In this document: piece by piece, positions 1 through 10,431 of the stretch
How the letters are laid out: each line of letters starts with the position of its first letter
Position numbering within the stretch: position 1 is the stretch's first letter
Virus record (IMG/VR): IMGVR_UViG_3300034375_009028
Strand: one strand, 5' to 3'
Source: a virus
Lineage: Duplodnaviria > Caudoviricetes
DNA: 64,000 nucleotides
Position numbers and translations under genes: made by a program
The notes under the pieces: generated by a model
Seen by the model: only the letters and a program-made list of their open reading frames with translations
Database searches by the model: none
What the model was told of the DNA's origin: nothing

Positions 1-3000
1 CTGTATCATTTATTATATAAGATACTTTATCATTCAATATAAATTTATGATTTGGTAAAAATATTGTATTTGGTATAGTATCTTTTGTTTTTACAGGATC
101 CAGTTCTGGAACATTTACATACAATAGTCCACTCTTACCCTCCGAACGTTGAAGGGTGGAAGCATAATTTTCGTAGTAAAGACTTAAATTTTCTCTCTCA
201 ACTTGAGCTCCCCAAATATAAAATGTTGGAGTTGAATTTAGGGTAAATCCTGCTGGACCGTAAGTACCAACTCTAAAATTGTGTGTCCCCGAAGAAGTAA
301 GTTGCTTAAATGTATATCTTCTATACGTATTTGTTAAAGTTACTAATTGACCATAATATAAAATTCCATCATCAACTATTAAATAGACAGATTCTCCTCC
401 TTCTTCACCCTTCAAAAATACCGAGAATACATTTTCTTCATTCGACAAGCTTACTCCATTATATCCATATAAAAAATAATCAGAGTTTCCTGTAGTATTT
501 GCGATACTAATTTTAGCTGCTTCTTTTTTATTTTCTATAGGAGATTCTTGTAAATAATCAATAGATCCAGTGATATTGGCATCATCTTCCCAAGGAGTTC
601 CTGGTAACTGTGATGATGAAATTGGATAAGAATATTCTAATAAATTCTCAGAATCTATTATAATAGATTCTTTAGGATTAAAATAATATTCAGAATTTGT
701 ATTGTATGATTTATCTGTAGATAATCCAGTATTAACTATTACTTTTCTTGGTAATTCCTCAATAATATCACCAGAAGAATGTGTAGTAGAAATTGATCCA
801 GCATAAGATCTTTCTATTTTTACAGTATAATTTTTACTGTAAATATTCAAAATTTTAAACAATTCTTCATTTGATTTATATATATCACCAATAGATATTA
901 CAGATGTTAAGTCTCCATTGACTTTTAAATATGTGACTATGCCAGTTTGTGAAGAATTTTCTAAATCATTTAAAATAGTTAATCTATTACTCTTCTTAAT
1001 TTCTAATGATTTGACAGGACCAATAAATTTTGTTGATATTATATTACAATTATCAATAATTGGTATATCCTGGTTTGTTATATCTATAAAGTGACTAGAA
1101 ATTCCTAAGTAATTACCATCAGTGTCTAATCTAGAATATTCAAAATCTGGATAAGTATCTTCACTAAATGTAATAGTACCTATTTCCCTACCACTAACCG
1201 ATTTTACAATGGCAAAGGCATTACTTCCAAAAGTTCCTTCATTATTAAAATAAATTTCATCGCCTGCCGCATAATTTTCACCACCTGAGATAATATCTAG
1301 TTTATCTACAGAACCAGAACTAGTATTAGTTATTTTTGGAAGTACATTTTTAAATGTTTCTGGACTTACCAACCCATCATAGAATGTATTATCTTTAGAA
1401 AATCCAAAATATGATGTAAATCTAAACCAATTATCACTATCTACAGATTTTCTAGATAAATTTGAAAAATCTTCAAAATTATATGGTATTGGTTTTGAAT
1501 TAAAAGAATTTCCAATTACATAAGGAAATATTGGTTTTAAAAATCCATTATATGGACCACTAGACTCTTTAGTGGTATTAAAAGTTGAAAAATATGCATA
1601 TACTCCGTTTGGAAACTCTGGAGTTTTACAAAATCTTCCGTTATTAATATCCAAATCTCCAGCATTAGTAAATACATAATCCTCAATAAAATATCCAGTT
1701 GGAAAAATGCTTACTGGTGGTCTATTCTCCACTATTGGTCTTAATTCATATCCACTACTCAACTGTTTAATGGCACCACCTTCAATATTTTCATATCCAT
1801 ATGGACCATATATTGGATTTCCATCATATGCCCATCCAACTATGGGAGAGTGATATTTGATTGTATCCGAATCGTTAAGTAAATCTTGTTTAAATATTGG
1901 ATTTCCTTCATTATCTAAGGATGATGCCAAACACTGCTCTCTAATTCCTCTTGGAGTAAATCCATGACCATAAGATAATTCTTTGGTAATATCTTTTGAT
2001 TCATATATTATTCCATCATCATCATTTATTGATGATGTACTGAAAAGTTTTTCGACCAAATTTAAAGTCCAAGATTGGATATTGACATCAAAAGATACTC
2101 CAAATCCATTAGAAATTACTTCTATGAAAGTATCTTTCGTATATCCAAAACCTCCATTCAGAATAGTAACTGATTGTATTCTTCCATTAATTATAACAGG
2201 AGTTAAAATTGCATTAAATCCATCACCATAAATCTTGATCTCTGGGGCAGAGTTATAATTTGAGCCACCATCAATAACTGTTACTTCAATAATTCTTCCA
2301 TCACTGGAAATAGTTGGTAATAATTTTGCATTTTCTCCATTGTATACATTAATAGTTGGTTTTCTATTATAATTGACAATAGAATTATCACCATATCCAC
2401 TACCAGGATTTTTTACTGAAGTTGAAAAAATTTCTCCAGTAAAGATAGGATTTAATTTTCCAGTAAATGTTTGACTACTAACAGTGTTTATTCCTATAGG
2501 AGCTTCAACTTTTACTATTATTGGTGTATATGATACTCTGTGTTGACCACTTCCAAAATCTGAAAATGGAATACTTAATTTATTGTTGTAATTAAAGTCT
2601 TTATCAAAATCTGTTTGAAGTACTTCATATACTTTAAATTCATCATCATTTACTCTTCTTACAAAGTATTCTGATGTTGATGATAATCCTGTAGGAAGAA
2701 CACCATCACTATTAAAAATTACTACTTCCTTATCTAAAAATCCGTGATTTTTTATTTTAATTGTATCAAAATTCTTATTAATATTGTTTGAATTAAAATA
2801 TAAAATTTTATTTGTATAGTTTTGTCCAGAATCCAAAACATCAACAGAAGATATACTGTTTTTTGCAGTTACTGATGTGATTTTATGGATACCATCTCCA
2901 TAAGATGAAAATGTTATGGTGTTTATTCCAGAAACAGATTCTTCAAAACTATTATACAATTTTGCAGTTATTCCATCATTTGAAGTAATGTAATATATTG

Positions 3001-5512
3001 ATCCATCTACTAATCCACCAACAGCATCTTGATTTAGAGTGTTATAAATAACAGCTTCATAATTTTTAAATCTATTGAACTTTTTAAAGTCTATAGTGCC
3101 AGTAGATAGATTTAATTGATTATATAAGTTAGATGCGTTGAAAAACACTTCATTCTTTTTACTGGATAAATTGCATTTTACTTTTGCACCAAAACCATTT
3201 CCACCACTAATGGTAACAATTGGTTCTGATTCATATCCAAATCCAGGATCGATTACATCAACTCTTTTTAGACCACCTCTAACATTAGCAGTTACCAGAG
3301 CGTCTGTCCCAAATCCAGAAGAACCTCCTTCCCCAACATTATCTACAATTTCTATTTTGGGTGGATTTATAACATCATAATTAGAATCTCCTGGAGAAGA
3401 TACAATAACTTCTACAATTTTCCCATAAAAAACTGTATCGGTAGATTTATAATTTAATAATTCTATTCCATTTAAAAAGCACCCAGTAGACCCAGGACTT
3501 GTAATTTTCTCAGTATCTAGTGCTTCATTTGTTGGAGAATTGTATTTTCTTATTATGTCTTGTGGGTATAAAGTTTTATTATAAAATTTTGTAAATATAA
3601 GCTTATTATTAGTTGCCGTTCCAAATAGACTTAAGAAATTTTCGGATCTAATATTTGATCTACTGGAAGCTAATTTTATAGTGCTATCATTAACTCTCTT
3701 TATAAAATATTGACCTTCTGGTATGTTAAATCCAGAATTTCCATCATAAGTGTAATATATAGAATCACCACTAAGAAATGGATGATTTCCAATTATCAAT
3801 TCTTCAGTTGGGACTGGTAATACCTTTGAAAATTTTATTGTTAGTGTATTATCACCAACATCTCTTGATAGATAACTTGGTAATTGTGAAGAAGTTATAT
3901 AAGTATCATCTTTATCAATATAAACATTTTGAATGTTACTAGAAACTATATTTAAGTTGGAATTGAAAAGAAATTTTGGTTTAGAAATATTTCTTTTGAT
4001 AGTATATTTTTTATTTGTATCCAAAGAAGCAGTAATATTGATATCAAAAACTCTTTTATTTGAAAAACTTATAACAAAATTAGAATACTCTTCTCCAGAA
4101 CTACTGTTTAATGTAAATACATCTCCTGCCCTAAAAAGATTATCATCAAAAGTTTCTACTCTATATTGAGAAATCCCATTTAATTTTTCCGATACTTTAA
4201 ATAAAGACTTAACATTATATGTTGGACCAACATTTAAAAACCAAGTATTGTGGATTTGTTTTGTACTTTCTTTCCCCAATGCTGTAATATTAACATTGTC
4301 ATCTTCCTCATAAAAATAACTTTCTTCTCTATCATAACTAATATCTCCAAGAACACCCCTTACCCTTACTGTTATTATCTCATCATTATCATTGAATGAA
4401 TATGCAAAATGATTATCTAATATATTAGTACCAGATTTTATATCCACTGGTAAAGTTAAGTTAAAAAATTGATTATCATTTTTTCCATTATATTCTACTT
4501 TAGTTAAAACACCATTATCATAAAACTCAATAAAACCAGAGTCATCAAATCCTAAAGTAGAGTCTACATCCAAATATGTTTGTCCAGCAACTGCATTATC
4601 AGTAACTTTTGTTTTGGCATGAACAGAAAAATTGAAGAATTCTATATCTGGATTATAGTCTAATGTTAATGAATAAAATTCTGCACCTTCACTAATAACA
4701 AGCTCTGATGTTATGATAGTAGCAAAAGCACTTTTCTCTACACCATTAACGTCTTCGAACAAGGTTCTACCAGCAAGATCCAGAGGATCTCCCTCATAAG
4801 GTTCAACAACAATTTTTCTTGTTACTCTAAAGTCAGCATCTGATGATTGAATTAGATAATCTCTTGGTTTTATTATTTTACTTTCTACACCCCATACAAT
4901 ATTGAATAATATTTCAAATGATCTATCAGTTCCCCTTGAAGAATAAAAATCCTTAATTCTAGATACTAATATTTTTTCATTTAATTCTTGATAAAAATCA
5001 ATTTCTTCAAATCCAGGTGTGTATTGTGATTTGAATTTTTTATATAACTCAAATAAAAACAGAGCATTTAAATTATATACAACAGTATTTGCTGTATGAT
5101 CTTTTTTAAATGAAGTGGAAAATTTGAAATTGTCTTTGGTATATCCAGTTATACCACTAAATCCTCTTTTACAACCCAAAAATTCAGTCTTTGTTTTTTT
5201 ATCATAAAATATAATTTCATCATCAATTTTAATTAAACCATTTTTAAAAGGAAATCCATCAGTATTTGTAACACTAATTGAATTTGAATTTGCAACAATA
5301 TTAGAAGATAATTCAGTGTAAAATACAAGTTCAGATATATTCTCTAGTTTTGTGTAATCATTAATATTATTGAGAATATTTGTTGGACCACCAGAGGACT
5401 CTAAAGACTTATAATAATCCTTTAAGAGTTGTATGAAGTCCGAATAAGACTCTTTTACGTAAGATGGTTGCTGATCTGTGACTAAATTTTGAATTTGTAC
5501 TCTATTTTTCAT
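1..5512 (-). CDS. gp7: Baseplate wedge initiator gp7-like protein (3' end runs off the window start)
   Basis: Not in the ORF track (no stop in window). ATG at 5512 reads MKNRVQIQNLVTDQQPSYVKESYSDFIQLLKDYYKSLE; frame spot-checked open near 2400 (KLNPIFTGEIFSTSVKNPG) and at the window start (LPNHKFILNDKVSY). Directly downstream of gp6, as in cyanomyoviruses. Confidence 0.8.
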   Translation of the reverse strand, partial: MKNRVQIQNLVTDQQPSYVKESYSDFIQLLKDYYKSLESSGGPTNILNNINDYTKLENISELVFYTELSSNIVANSNSISVTNTDGFPFKNGLIKIDDEIIFYDKKTKTEFLGCKRGFSGITGYTKDNFKFSTSFKKDHTANTVVYNLNALFLFELYKKFKSQYTPGFEEIDFYQELNEKILVSRIKDFYSSRGTDRSFEILFNIVWGVESKIIKPRDYLIQSSDADFRVTRKIVVEPYEGDPLDLAGRTLFEDVNGVEKSAFATIITSELVISEGAEFYSLTLDYNPDIEFFNFSVHAKTKVTDNAVAGQTYLDVDSTLGFDDSGFIEFYDNGVLTKVEYNGKNDNQFFNLTLPVDIKSGTNILDNHFAYSFNDNDEIITVRVRGVLGDISYDREESYFYEEDDNVNITALGKESTKQIHNTWFLNVGPTYNVKSLFKVSEKLNGISQYRVETFDDNLFRAGDVFTLNSSSGEEYSNFVISFSNKRVFDINITASLDTNKKYTIKRNISKPKFLFNSNLNIVSSNIQNVYIDKDDTYITSSQLPSYLSRDVGDNTLTIKFSKVLPVPTEELIIGNHPFLSGDSIYYTYDGNSGFNIPEGQYFIKRVNDSTIKLASSRSNIRSENFLSLFGTATNNKLIFTKFYNKTLYPQDIIRKYNSPTNEALDTEKITSPGSTGCFLNGIELLNYKSTDTVFYGKIVEVIVSSPGDSNYDVINPPKIEIVDNVGEGGSSGFGTDALVTANVRGGLKRVDVIDPGFGYESEPIVTISGGNGFGAKVKCNLSSKKNEVFFNASNLYNQLNLSTGTIDFKKFNRFKNYEAVIYNTLNQDAVGGLVDGSIYYITSNDGITAKLYNSFEESVSGINTITFSSYGDGIHKITSVTAKNSISSVDVLDSGQNYTNKILYFNSNNINKNFDTIKIKNHGFLDKEVVIFNSDGVLPTGLSSTSEYFVRRVNDDEFKVYEVLQTDFDKDFNYNNKLSIPFSDFGSGQHRVSYTPIIVKVEAPIGINTVSSQTFTGKLNPIFTGEIFSTSVKNPGSGYGDNSIVNYNRKPTINVYNGENAKLLPTISSDGRIIEVTVIDGGSNYNSAPEIKIYGDGFNAILTPVIINGRIQSVTILNGGFGYTKDTFIEVISNGFGVSFDVNIQSWTLNLVEKLFSTSSINDDDGIIYESKDITKELSYGHGFTPRGIREQCLASSLDNEGNPIFKQDLLNDSDTIKYHSPIVGWAYDGNPIYGPYGYENIEGGAIKQLSSGYELRPIVENRPPVSIFPTGYFIEDYVFTNAGDLDINNGRFCKTPEFPNGVYAYFSTFNTTKESSGPYNGFLKPIFPYVIGNSFNSKPIPYNFEDFSNLSRKSVDSDNWFRFTSYFGFSKDNTFYDGLVSPETFKNVLPKITNTSSGSVDKLDIISGGENYAAGDEIYFNNEGTFGSNAFAIVKSVSGREIGTITFSEDTYPDFEYSRLDTDGNYLGISSHFIDITNQDIPIIDNCNIISTKFIGPVKSLEIKKSNRLTILNDLENSSQTGIVTYLKVNGDLTSVISIGDIYKSNEELFKILNIYSKNYTVKIERSYAGSISTTHSSGDIIEELPRKVIVNTGLSTDKSYNTNSEYYFNPKESIIIDSENLLEYSYPISSSQLPGTPWEDDANITGSIDYLQESPIENKKEAAKISIANTTGNSDYFLYGYNGVSLSNEENVFSVFLKGEEGGESVYLIVDDGILYYGQLVTLTNTYRRYTFKQLTSSGTHNFRVGTYGPAGFTLNSTPTFYIWGAQVERENLSLYYENYASTLQRSEGKSGLLYVNVPELDPVKTKDTIPNTIFLPNHKFILNDKVSYIINDT

Positions 5513-5516
5513 GTCT

Positions 5517-7424
5517 TTATATTCTTACTAAGTCTTCGTTTAAGTAACTAGATGTAACTATATATCCTGATCCAGAAAGATCAGTTCCTGAACTGATAGT
5601 ATCGTTTATTAAATTTACAGTTGAAGATGTTGTATCTAACTGTAGGTATAGGTCTTGTTTTCCTATAATATCATTTGATTCTGGAGTAGCTGATATTTCT
5701 ATTATTTTATCTCCAGCAGCATTTAATTTTGTGGTTGAGATTATGTTTAAGTAATTTAAATTAATCTCACCAGTTTTATAATTTATATTTCCTACCTTAT
5801 TCTTTACTACTACTGGACTATTTTTTGACTGCAATCGGAATATAAAGAGATCCCCATTAACATCATCTATAGGTTTATCTGCCAGATACACCACTCCAGA
5901 TATGTCACTGACAGTAAATCCACTTGATTTTATGTTATAACCCGTTTTTCTTTTTATATAGAAAGAATTACCAAAGCAAATTTCATACTGTGTAGTTGTA
6001 CCTTCAGTTATTTTTAGATCTCTTCTAATTGAAATTTTTGTAATATTTGATGTTATTGATTCTGACGTATCATCAATCAACTTTAAAAATTTACTGTATT
6101 TGAATCTAGATCCATAACTATTTAATTCTTTAGATTTTGAATATAATTCTAAGTTATTCTGTATCTTGTCCTTAATCGTGTTAGCATAACCTCGATTTAT
6201 ATTATAATAAACTGAAGAATTGTATTCAATATAAAGATATTTTAAATCAATAAATTCTGGTATGATTCCAGCAACCGAATATTTTTTTAATTTTTGTTTT
6301 AATGAGTCTTTTAGTAAATTTGATAGATAAGTTCCATTTCTAGGTTTTACAGTAATAAAGACTTTTCCATATTGTGGAGGATTTAGTTCTTCTCCACCAA
6401 AAACAGCAACTGATTCTGTTTCTGGATAAATTAAAGGAACTATAGTTTCATAATCTGACGCTGTTACTGCCCTATTTTGACTTGCATATAATCTAGGGGC
6501 GAATTTTTTTATTGATGATATTGATTCTATGGGTGATCCATAGTCACTAAATTCTATTGTTGTTAATATAGGAACATCGATATTAAGAGGATTTCCATTA
6601 TTATCTGTTAATATTCCATTAAATTCAAAAGATCTAACTCCATTAGCAAGTTCTCCTTTAGTCTTAATATAAGACACTATAATAAAGTTTTTATCTGAAA
6701 GAGCACTGCCAAATGTCCCATCACCAAATATTAATTCATACTTACTATCTTCAATTTCATTGATAAAGAATACTTTATCTGAAGATTTTACATTTGTAAT
6801 ATTATCTGCAAATTTATAAATTATAGAATTGCTGCTAGTCTTGCTATCCCTTACAGTTACTCTTATTGTATTTGTATCTATGTTATTATTGGATAATATA
6901 AATCTTTGATTCTTACTTAATGAATCTACAGTAAAAGTCTCCTCAATATAGTTACCTTCAAAAATATCAACATCTTTAAATTCTGCTAATTTTCCAGATA
7001 CTCTAGATCTAATATCATCTGGAATTGAATATACAAAACTATTTAAAAGTGATCCATCAGATGAAGAAGCTATAATTCCTTTTTTTACAACAACTGAAAT
7101 CGGATTCTGATCATATTCTGTTAAATCGACATAAAAAGATACCCTTGCTTTAGAGCACCTAACGGATCTTGGCAAATAACCAATATTTCTTGCAATAGAT
7201 ACTACGTTCTCTCTTAGAGTTGCTCCGTCTAAGAATACTTCATTAGTCAACATATTAGCATTATAAGAGCTAATATATGTGTTGTATGCTAAAGTATCTA
7301 AAAGAACTCTAAAATTAGATCCTTCAAAATCATAATCCGTAAATCTACCATCAGCTCTTAAAAAACTTTTGATAGATTCACGTATATCATTGAAGTCTAG
7401 TGATGATACGTTAACTAATGACAT
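5517..7424 (-). CDS. gp6: Baseplate wedge subunit gp6
   Basis: 635 aa; LDFNDIRESIKSFLR..FTDYDFEGSN...LAYNTY...FLDGATLRENVVSIARNIGY and QNRAVTASDYE are typical T4 gp6 motifs. Confidence 0.93.
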   Translation of the reverse strand: MSLVNVSSLDFNDIRESIKSFLRADGRFTDYDFEGSNFRVLLDTLAYNTYISSYNANMLTNEVFLDGATLRENVVSIARNIGYLPRSVRCSKARVSFYVDLTEYDQNPISVVVKKGIIASSSDGSLLNSFVYSIPDDIRSRVSGKLAEFKDVDIFEGNYIEETFTVDSLSKNQRFILSNNNIDTNTIRVTVRDSKTSSNSIIYKFADNITNVKSSDKVFFINEIEDSKYELIFGDGTFGSALSDKNFIIVSYIKTKGELANGVRSFEFNGILTDNNGNPLNIDVPILTTIEFSDYGSPIESISSIKKFAPRLYASQNRAVTASDYETIVPLIYPETESVAVFGGEELNPPQYGKVFITVKPRNGTYLSNLLKDSLKQKLKKYSVAGIIPEFIDLKYLYIEYNSSVYYNINRGYANTIKDKIQNNLELYSKSKELNSYGSRFKYSKFLKLIDDTSESITSNITKISIRRDLKITEGTTTQYEICFGNSFYIKRKTGYNIKSSGFTVSDISGVVYLADKPIDDVNGDLFIFRLQSKNSPVVVKNKVGNINYKTGEINLNYLNIISTTKLNAAGDKIIEISATPESNDIIGKQDLYLQLDTTSSTVNLINDTISSGTDLSGSGYIVTSSYLNEDLVRI

Positions 7425-7826
7425 TTATCTTGTGGGTAGTAATATGAATGATAACTGCTGAGGAGAAGATTCAATGCCAACAATTAAATATTCTATATCC
7501 ACATTTAGTTGGTTTAAATCATAATCTGGTATTACAACTACATCTAAAAGTTTTACTCTAGGTTCGTTATTTTTTATAACAACTTCAATTTCTCTTTTTA
7601 CATCATTAACTAGATCTTGTGAAATATTCTCAAATAGTAAACGACTCAATAAAGACCCTATTTCTGGTTCAAAAAACTTCTCACCCTTTGATGTGAATAC
7701 TAAATTTTTAATAGAGCGTGCTATCGCATCTTGATTTCTCAATACAACAATGTCTTTTGTTAAAGGATTTCTTTTGAGAGAAAGGCTTATATCCTTAAAC
7801 CCAGAACTGACACGCTCTATTGGCAT
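7425..7826 (-). CDS. gp25: Baseplate wedge subunit gp25
   Basis: FKDISLSLKRNPLTKDI...AIARSIKNLVFT..GEKFFEPEIGS...NEPRV; GPW/gp25 family; adjacent to gp6. Confidence 0.93.
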   Translation of the reverse strand: MPIERVSSGFKDISLSLKRNPLTKDIVVLRNQDAIARSIKNLVFTSKGEKFFEPEIGSLLSRLLFENISQDLVNDVKREIEVVIKNNEPRVKLLDVVVIPDYDLNQLNVDIEYLIVGIESSPQQLSFILLPTR

Positions 7827-7848
7827 TGTAGTAGGTATAGTTATGCTT

Positions 7849-7856
7849 TATTTATA
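7849..7856 (-). promoter_or_regulatory. T4-type late promoter TATAAATA
   Basis: Exact TATAAATA on the minus strand about 23 nt upstream of the gp25 start. Confidence 0.85.
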
Positions 7857-7865
7857 CCTATTTTT

Positions 7866-8129
7866 TTACCATTCATGTCCCCAAGTAGGTTCTGTGCCAT
7901 ATGACCAATCATCATAGTCATTATCGTTACGAATTTTTTCGTGAATTTCATTTTGATGTTCAAAGTCATGCTTTTTTGGAGTGATATCATCTTCAACTAT
8001 CTCCCTAAGCATTCTTTTTTCCGTATTTGATTGCAATTTTTTTGCTAATGAACCATAATCTGTTATTAATGCTTCGGTTCCCCACATTTCCATCATGTAT
8101 TCTTGATTACGATCTGCTGGTTGTCCCAT
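7866..8129 (-). CDS. Conserved cyanophage hypothetical protein
   Basis: ORF track; MLREIVEDD..KKHDF..QNEIHEKIRND resembles a small cyanomyovirus family. Confidence 0.65.
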   Translation of the reverse strand: MGQPADRNQEYMMEMWGTEALITDYGSLAKKLQSNTEKRMLREIVEDDITPKKHDFEHQNEIHEKIRNDNDYDDWSYGTEPTWGHEW

Positions 8130-8183
8130 TTTTGCTCCTGATTGTTTAGATCAGAACTTTTTACGGGGTTGCTATCCCGTGAT

Positions 8184-8687
8184 TTATGTCCAGTGATTGT
8201 TTGGTTGTTCCCACCAGTAATGCAAATCTTCTATATTATCATTATAGTATAGTGAAACCATATCACTTTGGAATTTACTATTGATATTTTCACATAATGC
8301 GACTGTATAATAGTTTTTTTCAGTATATTTTTTCATTATCTCTGTAATCCAGGTATAAGTTCCACCTTTAATTACACCTGCTTCTATCAAAACAAAGTTT
8401 TGCCAGTCTAAAACCCATTCAATATAGTTTAATTCAAAATTAATTTGATATTTTTTGGGGTCTTCGTCTGGAAATGGTACGTTTACCGCTTCAATATGAA
8501 AAATCTCCCGCCCCATTGACAATGAGTGCGAGAGATGTTGAGTTACAATACTTGAATAATCAGGAGAAACGCACAAGAAGCAAGTTTTACTTGGATGAAT
8601 GTCCCAATTGGACATTTTAATCTTATACGTTAACTCCTGAATCAGTGCTAATTCTTTGTCTTGAGATATAAACTTCAAATTTTTCAT
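8184..8687 (-). CDS. Phosphoribosyltransferase-fold hypothetical protein
   Basis: FVLIEAGVIKGGTY resembles the PRPP-binding loop (hhhhDDhhxTGxT) with the acidic pair altered. Confidence 0.5.
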   Translation of the reverse strand: MKNLKFISQDKELALIQELTYKIKMSNWDIHPSKTCFLCVSPDYSSIVTQHLSHSLSMGREIFHIEAVNVPFPDEDPKKYQINFELNYIEWVLDWQNFVLIEAGVIKGGTYTWITEIMKKYTEKNYYTVALCENINSKFQSDMVSLYYNDNIEDLHYWWEQPNNHWT

Positions 8688-8715
8688 TCTAATTTAACCC
8701 AAGACTATGTTTTAT

Positions 8716-8856
8716 TTATTTTCCTTGACCCCTATACCGTTTACGTGCTGCATTACGGGATGATGCTGCATATTTGGTATGCTGCCCTTGCCCTTGACGA
8801 GTTTTTTTGGGTTTGGATTCAATTTTAGTGTTACCAGAAGTCCTACGAGTTGCCAT
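8716..8856 (-). CDS. Small basic protein (46 aa)
   Basis: Translated by hand: MATRRTSGNTKIESKPKKTRQGQGQHTKYAASSRNAARKRYRGQGK; resembles a conserved cyanomyovirus peptide. Confidence 0.75.
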   Translation of the reverse strand: MATRRTSGNTKIESKPKKTRQGQGQHTKYAASSRNAARKRYRGQGK

Positions 8857-8861
8857 AATTT

Positions 8862-9029
8862 TTAATCAAATAAAGGATCAAGTTCAATAAGTTCAGGGTC
8901 AATGTCTGCACCTGAATAAAATTGCTCAGATAGATCTTGGATGATATCCGAGCAATCGTCGAATGAGAGGTTTTTGTAAATTACTCGACCATTATAGCAT
9001 AAGTTATAACGGCCTTGTGAATTACTCAT
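8862..9029 (-). CDS. Hypothetical protein (likely start MSNSQG)
   Basis: ORF track 8862..9080; the ATG at 9029 overlaps the upstream stop (ATGA). Confidence 0.65.
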   Translation of the reverse strand: MSNSQGRYNLCYNGRVIYKNLSFDDCSDIIQDLSEQFYSGADIDPELIELDPLFD

Positions 9030-9814
9030 CAAATTACGCGAGTCTTTTCGTGTCCAACACGAATACGAGGATCGCACCAAGTCTCAATACCTGCTTCCTT
9101 TGCATCCAGACAGAAGGACACGTCCTCTCCACACATATCCTGAACTGCTCCAGATTCAAAGACTTGCATCTTAGGTGCGAACCAGGGGTACTCAAGACGC
9201 TCAAAGACGCCATGACGAATCATAACCCATCCAAAACCTGTATAATCAACTGTGAATGGTTTACGACGCTTCGAGATGCTCTCCACAGTCTCGTGATTCA
9301 TCACCCCACCATTACGGCGGAAGTCCTCTTCGTCCAACCAGTGGGCAACCGAGGTGGTTTGCCCATCCTCAGTAGCATACCAACCAGCGACAATCTCTCG
9401 CTCATCCTGAGCATTACCGTCTTTATCTGGTCCAGGTACTGCAAGATCGCACAGTTGCCAGAACTTTTGACTATTAAAAACAATGTCATTATCAATCCAA
9501 AGTTGATAATCATACTTCAATTTGCCGTCCCAGGGAATTTGATTGGGTCCGCGCAACACGTTTGCACCAAGACACTTACAACGTGCAAAGTTAACCATCG
9601 ATGAGTAGTCCTGTGAGATTTGGATACTCATGTTGTTTTGTACAAGGTCAAAGCATAGTTGCACAAAACTCTTTAGGAATGTATAAGAACAACCGCGCCC
9701 AGGCAGACAGAACACAATGCTCTTGCCTTGCATACGCTCTTTAATTGCATCATAATCCCAGTCTTCCTTCGGCGCAGTCGGTGCTGCTGCCTTTACAGTA
9801 AATCCTTTTGCCAT
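9029..9814 (-). CDS. Conserved cyanophage GT-A/GT2-like glycosyltransferase
   Basis: MAKGFTVKA N-terminus; DxD-like WIDNDIVF, TGFGWVMI and GEDVSFC motifs of the GT-A fold. Confidence 0.7.
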   Translation of the reverse strand: MAKGFTVKAAAPTAPKEDWDYDAIKERMQGKSIVFCLPGRGCSYTFLKSFVQLCFDLVQNNMSIQISQDYSSMVNFARCKCLGANVLRGPNQIPWDGKLKYDYQLWIDNDIVFNSQKFWQLCDLAVPGPDKDGNAQDEREIVAGWYATEDGQTTSVAHWLDEEDFRRNGGVMNHETVESISKRRKPFTVDYTGFGWVMIRHGVFERLEYPWFAPKMQVFESGAVQDMCGEDVSFCLDAKEAGIETWCDPRIRVGHEKTRVI

Positions 9815-9862
9815 TTTAGAATAATTCTCTCAGATCAATTTTAACAGTTTATATGTAGCAAG

Positions 9863-10030
9863 TCAATATGAAGATTCTGCCACCATGTCCTTATTTATCT
9901 CTAGTTTCTCATACTCATAATTCTCATCATCAAGATTGTCCCACTTCTCACGGAATTCTTCTTCAGTTAATACTGCATATAAACATTGATTCCTTTTGTT
10001 ATAAATGTGATAAACTGTCTGTGATTCCAT
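9863..10030 (-). CDS. Hypothetical protein (likely start MESQTVYHIY)
   Basis: ORF track 9863..10081, trimmed to the ATG after the upstream gene. Confidence 0.6.
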   Translation of the reverse strand: MESQTVYHIYNKRNQCLYAVLTEEEFREKWDNLDDENYEYEKLEINKDMVAESSY

Positions 10031-10040
10031 ACAAAATTCA

Positions 10041-10184
10041 TTATCGGAACGTATTATATATGACCATAATGAGAATTCCAATGCTAACTAAAAAACCCTT
10101 CGGGTGCTTCGCAATCCAATATGTAAAGATTACTCTCCACATGTTCCAATAAGGTCTTCGGCGGCGCATCATAAAAATTCTCAT
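10041..10184 (-). CDS. Small membrane protein (47 aa)
   Basis: Hand translation MRIFMMRRRRPYWNMWRVIFTYWIAKHPKGFLVSIGILIMVIYNTFR; TGC-TATAAT extended -10 immediately upstream (about 10192-10200). Confidence 0.65.
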   Translation of the reverse strand: MRIFMMRRRRPYWNMWRVIFTYWIAKHPKGFLVSIGILIMVIYNTFR

Positions 10185-10387
10185 TGATTCTATTATAGCA
10201 CCTTTTTACCCGAAAAATTTTCTGCGAGATTTTTTTATATACCTTATAACACACACTCGAATTGTCACCTCTGTAGGTTAGAGGGACCCGCTCATTATAA
10301 ACGCAGGGGGCCGCATTAGTATAACTTATCGATCGAATTAACTGCCATAAGGAATGCTGATCAATGAAATGTGTCCGCACGAACAAT

Positions 10388-10415
10388 AAAAAACCCCCGC
10401 ACGAATGCAGGGGTT
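10388..10415 (-). terminator. Intrinsic terminator
   Basis: Minus strand AACCCCTGC-ATTCGT-GCGGGGGTT followed by a T-run. Confidence 0.7.
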
Positions 10416-10431
10416 AAGTATACCTAACTCA

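Noticed and set aside
310-4169. Short plus-strand ORFs over the first 5.5 kb
   Set aside because: Antisense to the long gp7-like reading frame.
8963-9604. 213-aa plus-strand ORF
   Set aside because: Antisense shadow of the conserved glycosyltransferase-like gene 9029..9814; no recognisable motifs.
10084-10386. 100-aa minus-strand ORF in the track
   Set aside because: Spans a terminator and a promoter; a different frame (10041..10184) gives a coherent membrane peptide placed right after a TATAAT.
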